From positions 60,452,001 to 60,516,000 of the forward strand of contig NW_024704743.1 of the NCBI RefSeq assembly GCF_018977255.1: DNA of 64,000 nt, given 5' to 3'. The stretch is from Callorhinchus milii. Lineage: Eukaryota. A program made the translations under genes and the position numbers. Shown piece after piece: positions 38,275 through 49,834 of this stretch. Within the stretch, counting starts at the first letter, position 1. Every line of letters starts with the position of its first letter. The notes below the pieces were generated by a model. It did not search any database, had not been told where the DNA came from, and worked only from the letters and a program-made list of their open reading frames with translations.

Positions 38275-38780
38275 ACAACAATAACTTGGATTTATATAAC
38301 GTCCTCTACGCCGGACGGCGTCTCAGAGTGCTTCACATTAACAGATCCCGGGGCCGAGCCAGTGGGAGGGGAAGGAAGGTGACCAAAGGCGCAGTCGAAA
38401 AGAAAGGTCTTCACCAGAGACCTGAAAATAGGAAGAGAGGGGCCGAGGTGAAGGGAGTGAGGAAGGAAGTTCCAGAGCCTCGGGGCATAGTGGCTGAAGG
38501 CACAGCCGCTGAGGGTGGAGTGGAGGATTCGGGGAACATGGAGGAGGCCATACCAGGAGGAACGAAGGCAATGGGCACTGTTGACAAAGGCATGGACCAG
38601 AGTTTCAGCGGCTTTTGGAGAAAGGTATTGGCGGAGACAGGCGATGCATCAGAGGTGGAAGATTGCGGTGCTGGTAAGGGACTGGATGTGGGGTAGGAAG
38701 GATAATGGGGGTCGAACCTGATGCCTAGGTTTCGTACAGGTTCGGAGGGTGTTAGTGGGAGGTCGGTTAGGTGGAGGAGG
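38275..38780 (-). mobile_element. L2 3' portion, internally deleted
   Basis: Peptide EPVRNLGIRFDP; tail caacaataacttggatttatataacg; hairpin acgccgtccggcgt on the minus strand. Confidence 0.85.
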
Positions 38781-40214
38781 TGAGAAATATACAGAATCAA
38801 AAATAGGACAACAATATAATAGCTACATAATGACTTCAATGAGCAAGAGATTTCCAGAGACGAACCAGGCTTCAGGACCCAAATCAAATTCAGAACCCCT
38901 ACATTGACAATATTTTGTGGTTTGGCTAAAGAGAGGATTTCCTAACACTCTCGAATGAAGAATCCAGGATTTTATATGGTTGAGTTATGTACTATTTTGT
39001 ACACTATCAATTGTGGGGTAGTATTGAGCCACATTGGTTTGTGGAAAGCACATCTTTGCGATTCAATATATACTGTGCAGTCAATGCCGTTAATTGCTAT
39101 CACTGGCTTTAGGAGGTGGAAGGTTTAAACCTCACCCACCTTCCCCAGCCAGGGATAACTACAAATTTTACGTTACTGCATTTTTGGTCCATGTGATAAT
39201 ATCATATGGCAATTTCCTTCCTCTAGAATGCAAGGCTGAAACTGTGCAGAGACCCTTATTAAATTAGATGGCTTCCAGGACCAATGTTGTATTTTTATTT
39301 GCCACAATTTCTTTTCCATTTGCCTTTAAAGTTTTTTTTTCTCAAATTGAATTCTCTATCGGACAAGAGAAAACAGTGCCTTAGTTACTGCAGTCTTAGG
39401 CACATGCTGGCACCACTCAATAGCATAACAGAGCTGGTCAATGCACAGCTTTACTTGAATGGAACATTGACATTTTCATTGCTTTCAAGCGTGCTATGTG
39501 ATTTTTTAGAGCTAGCCTCTTTGCTAAAGAACATCACCAATGTTTCATATAATTAGTAACAGCAATATACAAACTAAAATATGACCCTTATTAGTCAATT
39601 CGTATTTGACTTAGAATGATTTGAACAATTAGATAACCTTATTCTGTTATCTACTCAGCAAATTCAAGTCTTGTTTTCTATCTGTTTAGTATGTTTTATG
39701 GGAAAATAGCAAACTAAAATTATAAACAGGTCAGTATCCATATCCTATAGATTTTTTTTAAGTCACAAGTTCTAGATGTGAAATTATACACCCTGGTTTC
39801 AAAAACACGTGATAATCTGTTTTTCATTGTAAGCATTTGACTGGAAATTATATTTATCTGAAATAAGCAGGGCCAAATGTACGTTATTCAACTTTGAAGA
39901 CTTTGCCAAGACAATGGCAGGATATGATGCACATCTGGAAAGCATTAGGCTGCTTTAATAATTCAGTAAGTGCTCTTCAAATGGTAAAGTTTGGTTTTAG
40001 GTTTTAAAGTTGTAAGATGTTACAGAGGGGGCATTTTAGTTTGGTTTAGTGAATTTTAAAATTATGAGATTGTAATTGCTGTAATTAACTTTTACGTTTT
40101 TCAGTTCCCGTTTAAAGCGTAAAAATGTGGCTTGTCCTTTAAAAATATCACTTGGCAGAGCAACAGCAATTCCATATTGTGATACGCACCTACAATGTCT
40201 GGCTATCTATATAG

Positions 40215-40417
40215 ATCAGTTCGCTCCTGCTGCTCAACGGGCTCCGGCCTGTTCCATGTCGCTCGCCCGGCCCGCCCCATTATTCAGCCTCCATGCCCTT
40301 CATCTCTCCTAATCCCAACCCCCAGTTCGGGTCCAAATCCCTGACTGTCCACCGCCTTGGGATGTCCACCCGACATGAAAGGCGCTATACAAATGTAATT
40401 TGTTGTTGTTTGTTGTT
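40215..40417 (+). mobile_element. L2 3' end
   Basis: gggatgtccacccgacatgaaaggcgctatacaaatgtaatttgttgttg. Confidence 0.8.
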
Positions 40418-40639
40418 GGCTTCCATAACTAAAAATGAAGAATGAGCACCAGGTAAGTAGTAGAAATAAATTGCGGACAATGATAAATAATAATAATCCT
40501 TGCATTTGATATAGTGCCTATAACATTGAAATGTCTCAAAGAGCTTCACAGGTACTTGCTGTAATGTGAAGTGACTGTGTATTTGGAAGCAAACTTTTAG
40601 CACCCTAAAAAAAAGTACAGCTGCAGCGTATTTAATATG

Positions 40640-40930
40640 CATGGGATATTACCTTTCATGTCAAGAGAATATCTCAAAGCATTTAACACTACCGGTTTGG
40701 CATCTGAGCTAGAGATGGAAGGTAAAGGGGCTGGGAGGGAAGGATAACCAAAAGCACAGTCAAAGAAGTACATCTTGAGCTGGAACTTGAAGAAGGTTAA
40801 GGAAGAAGTGATAGATTCTGGGATGGAGTTCCAGAAAGCAGGCAAAAAGGCTGAAAACCCACATGCTAATGGTGGGGCAGAGAGGGCAGGGGACATGAAG
40901 CAGGCTGGTGTTTGCTGAGCGAAGGGAGAG
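40640..40930 (-). mobile_element. L2 3' end
   Basis: Minus-strand peptide FSAFLPAFWNSIP...FKFQLKMYFFD. Confidence 0.75.
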
Positions 40931-41194
40931 ACTGGGAGTTTAAATGGATGGGTTTTTGGAGCTGGAGCATAAAACGGATGAATGTTATGTAATATGATCC
41001 ATCATGGTACTTAACCCCATTCAGAGAGGTAACTAGCACAGCAAAATATCCACAAATATAAAATTCTGTGAAATATCTCCTCAACCCCAAGGGAATGAAG
41101 CAAACATCATAATGTTAATCAAACTTTACAGCACAAAGATATAACTCTGTTCACAGTGTCTATGTTTCACTAGTTGATGAACCATTCTGTTTTG

Positions 41195-44100
41195 TAGACT
41201 ATCTGTACCTCTACTCATCCTTACAACCCTATGCTTTTTTAACAATTTTATCTATTTATCCTGCCGTCTTCAAAGATTTACTTATATGATCCCCCGGGTC
41301 TCTCAGTTCCTTCACCCCCTTTAAGATTGTACCTTCCTCCCAAAATGCATCACTTTGCATTTCTCCACGTTAAACTTCATCTGCCACGTGTCTGCCCATT
41401 TTACCAGTCTGTCTATGTCCTCTTGCAGTCTACTACTATCCTCCTCACTATTTACTACTTTTCCTATCTTAGTATCATCTGCAAACTTGGAAATTGTACT
41501 CCCTATACCCAAGTCCAGGTCATTTATATAGATCAAAAACATTAGTGGTCCCAATATTGACCTCTGGGGGATACCACTGCACACTTCCCTCCAGTAAAAA
41601 AACAACCGTTCACCATCACTCTCTGGTTTCTGTCTCCCGGCCAGTTCTGTATCAATGCTGCCACTGTCCCTTTAATACCGTGGGCTTCTATTTTGCTTAC
41701 AAGTCTCTTACGCGGCACTTTATCAAACGTCTTTTGAAAATCTATATAAACTACATCAGCTGCACTACCTTCATCCACCCTCTCCGTTATTTCATAAAAA
41801 AACTATCAGGTTTGTTAGACATGATTAGCCTTTAACAAATCCGTGTTGGTGGTCCTTTATTAACACATATTTTTCTAAGTGAAAATTTAATTTGTCCCGG
41901 ATTATAATCTCTTGAAATTTCCCCACTGATGATGTTAGGCTGACTGGCCCATAGTTCCCGATCTTATCCCTTTGCCCCTTTTTGTACAGGGAGTAACATT
42001 TGCAACCCTCCAGTCCTCTGGCACTACCCCTGTGTCCAAGAAAGATTGAAAGATTGTGGCCAGAGTTTCCGTTATTTCCACACTTACTTCCCTCAGTAAC
42101 CTAGTAAGTACCCGTCTGGACCGGGTGACTTTCTATCTTGAGCTCCTCCTCTTGGTTTATTCTTATCTTATCCAATCTCTCTACCCTCTCCTCCAATACT
42201 GTGGCATTTAGTTTAGTTCCTAATTGGTCCTACCCTACCTTTCACTAACCTTTTATTCTTTACATGCCCTTTACACTGTTATTTGCCAGTCTATGTTAGG
42301 ATAACTGAAGTCCCCCATTATCACTACTCTATTGGTTCTGCACCTTTCTGAAATCTGCTTGCAGATTTGCTTGACTATCTCCTTCCCACTATTTGGTGGT
42401 CTATAGTATACACCTAACAAAGTAACAGCTCCTTTTCTGCTCCTTAACTCTAACCAAATAGATTTTGTTTTTGGATCCTCTAACACATCGTCCTTTTCCA
42501 GGGCCGTAACTGTCTTTAATCAATATTGCCATCCCCACCTCCATTTTTCCTTCTCTATCCCTCCTGAATTCATTGTAGCCAGAAATATTCAGCTCCCATT
42601 CCTACCCAGGTTTGAGCCAGGCCTCTGTTATTGTCATTACATCATAGCCCCATGTGGCAACTTGACCAACCTTATTTGTCACACTCCGTGCATTTACGCA
42701 CATGCATTCCAAGACTGACTTAATCTGTTCTGCATTTCTTCCCCGTCTAATCCCTTCTTTTTTTGGATTACTCCTTATTACATTGCAATTTGTCTCTCCC
42801 AGCCCTCTATGTAACTTGTTTATCCTCTCTAATGTTACATCCTGATTCCCTTCGCCCCTCAAAGTTAGTTTAAACCCTTCCCCACAGCACTAGTTTACCT
42901 CCCTGTGAGGATATTGGTCCCAGCCATGTTCAGGTGTAACCATCCACCTTTTACAGGTCCCACCTGCCCCAAAACTAGTCCCAATGATCCAAGAACCCGA
43001 AGCTCTCCTTTCTGCACCATTTCTCCAGCTATGCATTCATGTGTTTGTTCCTACTGGGAGTAATCCAGAAATCAACACCTTTGAGATCCTACTCTTTAGC
43101 TTTTTCCCTAGCTTCTGATACTCTCCTTGTAGGATCTCAGCCCTTTTTTTCCCTCACGTCATGGATCCCAACATGGACCATGACATCTGGATGTTCCCCT
43201 TCACCCTGTAGAACGTTTTGCACCATTCCGTGATGTCTTCAACCCTGGCACTAGGGAGGAAACATACCATTCGAGAGTCACGTCTTTGGTTGCCTGTCTA
43301 TTCCTTTCACTATTGCGTTCCCAATGACAATTGCATTAACACTTTTCCCTGTGCCCCACTGTGCATCCATTTGCTTTTGAATCCCCTCCCCAGAGGTGTC
43401 ATTATCCTGACCAGTATTCAGTACAGAGAACCAGTTTGTGAGTGCACACTCTCAGGGGATTTCTGCACTGCCCGTCCCCTCTTCCCACCATGCCAGGTGG
43501 TCACCACTCACTCTTCTTCTGAACCCTCTGTGGCTGTGGGGTGACCACCTCCTGAAACATTCGATCCATGAACTCTTCAGCCTTCCGTATGTTATGTAGT
43601 TACACCAGCTTCTCCTGCAGCTCAGAAACTCTGAGCTCAAGCTCGAGCAGCCAGAAGCACTTCCTACACACGTATTTGTCCAGGGTACACAAAAGCATCC
43701 TGGAGTTTCCACATGGCACACATTGTGCATGTAACCAGTCTCAGCTGCCCCACCATATTCCCAGACATGATTTATATTATTTTAATATAACTATTATATA
43801 TTTTATAATTATACACCTCTTTCCCCCTCTGTACTGAATTCCCACTCTCACCAAATTCCTTAATAGAATTCTGACTCTGTTCCCTCCTCACTCTGTTCCC
43901 TCTTCATGCTGCTGGGCTTTCTGCTCAAGTGAGGCTCTTGCAAGTCTTCTCTTTTGTATAGGACTCAAACAAACGCACCCAGTTTCGACTGGTCAGTATA
44001 TTTTTTAATCCCCAAAACCTGGCCTATGATTAATTGCTAATTGACTTGTTTGCCTGCTTACATATAACATCGTCTCTACCTCAAGATAGATTTCCCACTT

Positions 44101-44245
44101 TTGTGCTGAATGAAAGAGTTCTCTCTTGCTCTCTGGTATCTCTCGTGTTGAAGAATTCCCACTCTCACCAAATTCCATAACAGAATTCTCACTCTGTTCC
44201 ACCTCACTCAGTTCCCTCCTGACATGTTGGACTCTCTGCTCAATT
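41195..44245 (-). mobile_element. CR1 LINE, 5'-complete but decayed: 5' UTR, ORF1 (zinc finger/leucine zipper plus esterase), ORF2 (APE endonuclease plus RT) with internal deletion; 3' end missing
   Basis: ORF1 pieces VTCTMCAMWKL, RKCFWLLELELRVSELQEKL, RDSRMVCFLPSARVEDITE; endonuclease CVNARSV.NK...TEAWL, ESIW-like SIWLEL...GVYYRPP, MGDFSYPNIDW; RT VVYIDFQKTFDKVP, GIPQRSILGPLMFLIYINDL...KFADDTK. Confidence 0.93.
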
Positions 44246-44371
44246 TTCATGGAGAAAATTGTTGGAAAAATTACCTTAATGGATGGAAAATGCACCTTCA
44301 AAATTAGAGACCATTTTTAGCAAAATCATAAACGATCAGCACGGTCCACAATTGATCATTATCAATTTCAA

Positions 44372-45408
44372 TCATAGAATCATACAGCACAGAAAGAGGC
44401 CATTCGGCCTATCGCGTCTGCGCCAGCTCCTAAAAGAGCAATCCAATTCAATCCCACTGGCCCGCTTTCTCTCCATAGCCCTGCAATCCTGTCCTCCCCA
44501 AATACCCATCTACTTCTCTCTTAAAAGTTGTTATTGAATCGGCTTCCACACCCTTTCAGGTAATGCATTCCAGATCTGAACAACTCACTGGGTGAAATTT
44601 TTTCCTAACCTCACCTCTGTTTCTTTTAACAATTATCTTAAATCGGTGTCCTCGGGTTACTGACCCACCCGCCAGTGGAAACAGTATTTCCCGGTTCAAC
44701 CTATCAAATCATCTCATGATCTTGAAAACCTCTATTAAATCCCTTCTTAATCTTCTCTGCTTTAGGGAGAATAATCCTAGTTTCGCTAACCTCTCCTCAT
44801 AACTAAGGTCCTTCATTCCTGGTACCATCCTGTTAAACCCCTTTGCACCCTCTCCAATGCCCTAACATCTTTCCTAAAGTGCCGTGCCCAGAACTGAACC
44901 CAGTGCTCCAAATGAGGCCTAACCAGCATTTTATAAATATTCAACATAACCTCCTGACTTTTGAATTCTATGCCCCTATTTATAAAACCTAGTATTTTGT
45001 ATGCTTTTTTAATAGCTTTACCCACCTGTCCTGCACCTTCAGAGATTTGCTCATGTGGACGCCCAGGTCTCTCTGTTCATTTGCCCCCTTTAAGATTTTA
45101 CCATCAGCTTATAGGGTCTCTCCTCATTCTTCCTACCAAAATGCAACACTTCACATTTCTCCACATTAAACCTCATCTGCCACATTTCTGCCCATTTTAC
45201 CAATCTGTCTAAGTCCTCTTGGAGTCTGGTGTTATCCTCCTCACCATTAACTACTTTTCCTAGCCTTTTATCGTCTGCAAATTTAGAAATTGTACTCCCT
45301 ATATGCAGGACCAGATCATTCATATAGATCAGAAAGAGCAGTGGTCCCAATACCGACCCCTGAGGGACACCACTACACACTTTCCTCCAAGTGAACAATG
45401 CTTCCCTC
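44372..45408 (-). mobile_element. CR1 LINE 3' portion (RT to tail)
   Basis: SGVPQGSVLGPLLFLIYMNDL...KFADDK; LVRPHLEHWVQFW..HFRKD; tail tcatagaatcatacagcac. Confidence 0.94.
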
Positions 45409-45959
45409 ACACTAGATCAAGATCAAAGCTTATTAAACTGATGAAATGGTTCTGGGGCAGAATCATTTGGTTACTATGAACATCAAACGAAAATGTTACA
45501 CAAAGTAATAGCCTCTGATAATTATTACTTAAAACCTATAATCATGTCACAGAATCCTTTCAATTATGCTAACCTCTAATCTTCCTAACTTCCACATGTG
45601 TCTGAAGTAACACTATTCCAGACAGGAAAATGCATTAACATTGGGTTAAAATGAGTGATGAGTTTTCCTTTCAAAATATATAAACATTTACGTTTCTTCA
45701 AAATTGCTTATTTGCCTTTGCTGTTAACATCAATGATTCACCAGTCAATAACAGGTGTTAAAGCATACATCTGGAAATGCCTTTGGGTGGACATGGTCCA
45801 GAGTGATGAATTGTATTGAACATTAGACTCTAATTTAACAGGGATCCTTAATAAAGAATCCAAGATGCACAATTGAACTCCTCCCAGAGTTTATATTGCA
45901 CATTTAACAATCGGTAAGACACCTCAAAATCTCAAAGCATGTAGAACAACTTTACAATG

Positions 45960-46495
45960 TGGGGGGGTGATGCTGAGCAGGTGGGAAGGGGGAGATGATG
46001 AAAAGCGTAGTTGAAGAAGTGAGTCTTAGGGTGGGACATGAAGACTGATAGAGAGGGGGAGCGGCGGAGGGATAGAGGGAAATTTCAGAAGTGAGGGACA
46101 CAGAATTGGAAAGTCCGGCAACTGTTGATGGATAGGGCTAGAGATGCGTGAAATTGGATGAGATCTGAAACATTAGTGAGGATGAGGGCCTGGAAATGGA
46201 TCCACGAGGAGACAGTGGAGCACGGGGAAGACTGGAATGATAAGCATGCAGAGTTTGGTATGAGTGAGGATGCAGATGGTGACCTTTTGAATAAGTTCAA
46301 GTTTATGGAGTGGTGAGCTGGGGAGGAGTGCAGGAGTACATTTGAAAAAGTTCAGCAGGTAGGTAATGAAGGTGTTGATAAGGGTCTCTGTGGCATTTGA
46401 AGTGAATTAGGGGTGGAGATATGGCAGAAGTAAAGGAAAGCAATCTTAGTCAGAAGCCAGATGTGAGGGAGAAAGGAGAGCTGAGGACCAAACTG
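45960..46495 (-). mobile_element. L2 fragment, old
   Basis: Purine-rich antisense L2 3' region (gaaaagcgtagttgaagaagtgagtctt...; ttcaagtttatggag...; atgtgaggggagaaaggagagct). Confidence 0.65.
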
Positions 46496-46559
46496 GATGC
46501 ATCCTGGACTCATTCAAGAATTATAGAATCATAGAATATTATAATAATGAATAATAATA

Positions 46560-46829
46560 TCTGGGGGATTGTTGGCCAGGACACTGGGAGAAACTCCTTT
46601 CTTTTTCAAAAGGTACCATGGGATCGTTGATGTCCACTTGAACAGGCAGATGGGACCTCAGTTTAAATTTCATCCTAAGGACCGCATTTCCAACAATGCA
46701 GTGTACTTTTAACACTGCATTGCGGTGTCAGCCTGGACAGTGTGAGTTCAATGTCCCGATGTGGGACTTGAACCCGTAACCTTCTGACTCAGAAGCAAGA
46801 TTGCTACCAACTGAGCCAGGTTGACACCT
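46560..46829 (-). mobile_element. Deu-domain SINE 5' two-thirds
   Basis: gttggccaggacactgggagaaactcc...ccatgggatc...caggcagatgggacctc...ctaccaactgagccaggttgacac. Confidence 0.88.
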
Positions 46830-47169
46830 GCATAAAAATCTAACAGTATGATTCAAAATAAATAAGCACATCATGGAATGATTAATAATAATTAATAAAT
46901 ATTATTAATAAATAATTAATAGGATAGATGGGACCTTGGTTTAATATCTCCCCTGAAAGAGGGCTAGAGTTTTATGAGGTGTTAATGAATTTTAACTTGG
47001 TGCTTGCTGTTCAGAGCAAAGGTTGTGGACATAGATGCATGTGGGCTTCCAGCTACAATACTAGTCCTGGAGACTTAAACATATACAGTATACGCCCCAA
47101 GCCAAAAGGGTGTCCACAAATGTATTGCTCAGCTATGTAACCTAATATAGTACGAATTACATAGGAAGT

Positions 47170-47515
<346 letters not shown>

Positions 47516-47751
47516 ATTCAAAAAGGTGCAATAAGTGGGTAAATTGTCATAAGAAGCACATTACATTGATGAGCTGACAGTGCCTGTAATTAAAATTTAA
47601 GGTTGAAATTACAGATTTATTTACTACACATCCTGATATTGAAAATTAACTTTCTCTTGTATAGTTTTGCTTGCTGCATTCCTTAGTTATTCTGCGTAAT
47701 AAAACCACAAACTAGAGTCCAGCAAAGCAGTACTTTCAATGTACATTGTTT

Positions 47752-48885
47752 AGCCTGGTGCAGGAGAGGACATGAGCTGCAGAGTTCCAGATGATCTGCA
47801 GCTTGTGGAGGGAAGAGACAGGAAGGCCAACAAACAGGGAGTTGGCATAGCTGAGCCTAGATGTAATAAAATGCCTGGATGAGGGTTTTGGCGGCCTGAG
47901 AATAGAGGCAGTGGCGGAGCTGGGCGATGTTGGGGATGCGGGGCAAGGCAGAGCTGGTCATGGCACAGATGTGGGGTAGAAAGGATAGTTGAGGGTCAAA
48001 CAATATGCCAAGGCTCAGAGAGGTGGAGTGTGTATCCATGGATGGTGATGCTGCCAGTGCCTGTGGTGTGGAGGCACTGACGGGAGCCAATCAGGTGGGC
48101 CTCAGTCTTGTTTGATCCTAAACTGTCCTTTTTACCCCACATCCATGCCATGACCCACTCTGCCTTCCCCCACCTCCACAATATTGCCCGGCTCCACCAC
48201 TGCATCACCCCTCAGACCGTTGAATCCCTCATTCATGCGTTCATCACATCTCAGCTCAACTACTGCAACTCCTTGCTTGGCGACCTCCCTAACTCTTCCA
48301 TCCACAAACTGCAGTACATCTAGAACTCTGTAGTTCATGGCCTCTCCTGCACCAGGCTCCCTGGCCCCATCACCCCCACCCTTGCCCAGTTCCACTGGCT
48401 CCCCATGCCCCAGAAGATAGAATAAAATCCTCGTCCTTGCCTTCAAGGCCCTCCAAGGCCTTGCCATTTCCTATCTGTGACCAGCTAACACCTTATCAAC
48501 CTGTCCGCTCAGCAGACTCCAGCCTACTCCATGTCCCCCGGCCGGCCTGCCCCAGCATCGCTGATTGGGCCTTCAGCCTCTCTGCCTCCACCCTTTGGAA
48601 CTCCATCCCTCACTCCCTTTGCTTCGCTCCCTCCTTTGACTCTTTCAAGGCATGTCTCAAGACTCTCCTCTTTGACCGAGCCTTCGGCCACTCTCTTACC
48701 CTCCCTGACCTCCACCCTCCCTGATCCCAACCCCTCCCCACTGGGGTCCAAATCTCTGACTGTCCAGCGCCTTGGGACGACTTCCCGACGTGAAATTACT
48801 AATGTAATTTTGTATTGTATTATTGACATCCAACTGGAGAAACCTAACTCTCATCCAGGCCTTGATGTCTGACAGACATTCTGGG
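47752..48885 (-). mobile_element. L2 fragment (47752-48112 plus 48822-48885) split by a plus-strand L2
   Basis: ECLSDIKAWMRVRFLQLDV (48885-48822) joins NKTEAHLIGS...LGILFDPQLSF (48112 leftward), colinear with the L2 at 11460-11540. Confidence 0.85.
48105..48822 (+). mobile_element. L2 3' portion nested in an antisense L2
   Basis: LFDPKLSFLPHI...HLHNIARL...LIHAFITSQLNYCNSLL..LP; AFSLSASTLWNSIP; tail aatgtaattttgtattgtatt. Confidence 0.9.
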
Positions 48886-49657
48886 GAGGGTGGAGGGCAG
48901 GGGGGGAAGCAAGGTGATCGAAAACACGGTTGAAGAGGAGGGTCTTGAGATGGGTCTTGAAGGAGGCAAAGGGAGGGGGTGAGGTGGAGGGAATGTGGGA
49001 TGGAATTCCAGAGGGTGGGGGCAGAGTGGCAGAAGGCCCGTCCACCAATGATGGGCAAGGAGAGGGACGTGAAGCAACTGAGCCAGGCTGATCTACAATG
49101 ACAATTTAATGGAATGTCAATACTGAATCAAGAACTAAGCTGAATTTTCCAGCCATATTGTTTTATCTCCATGGCTAGTCAATGTCTGATATGATTACAA
49201 TTTTAGTCAATATGATTAACACATGACGTTACATTACATGCCCCCTTTTTTGGTAACCAACAAAAAAACCAGAGCGTTCCTGTCTTAGTCCGTGAGACCA
49301 TTTTATCTTATAATTACGATGTCATAGTTTTGTGGAAAATTCACAAATTCAGTCTTACTTTGGAACAGTTTTCCCCAGTTCTTAAAAAGAAACTGGTTTC
49401 CAAATTAAGTCTGAATTTAGCAATTTTTCACAATTACCCAACATCTTACATTTTGAGACAAATTGGTCTCATAAGCAACAACAACACAAAGTTACATTTT
49501 GAGTTCTGGAATTGTTTGAAGATTTCAACTGTTTTGAATTGTCATATTATATCAAAGATGTTTGGTATTATTTGTTAGTAATTGCCAAATGACCAACTGG
49601 TGACTATGCTGCTTGAGGGGAGGTGAGCAAGGTTTCCTTGGAGCTGAGCTGACATAC

Positions 49658-49770
49658 CCGGCAGGGCGAAACGTTGACCAAGTTTCTTTACTCCACACAA
49701 TTCTGTTTGCTTAGCAGTAAGTAGGAACCCGGTTGTTAGTTGATTGGCCGTAATTCCTTTAAAAATAAAT
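49658..49770 (+). mobile_element. tRNA-derived SINE body (long variant); its 3' half lies at 52927-53104
   Basis: ggcagggcgaaacgttg...ctgtttgcttagcagtaagtaggaacccggttgttagttgattgg. Confidence 0.75.
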
Positions 49771-49834
49771 AAATAATAATAAGAAGAAATAAATAATAAT
49801 TAGAATTTTTTAAAAAAAAACAATAACAACAACA

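Noticed and set aside
47752..48360. L2 5' inversion by twin priming
   Set aside because: The arms cover the same L2 segment, are diverged, and the minus-strand copy continues beyond the insert, so nested insertion fits better.
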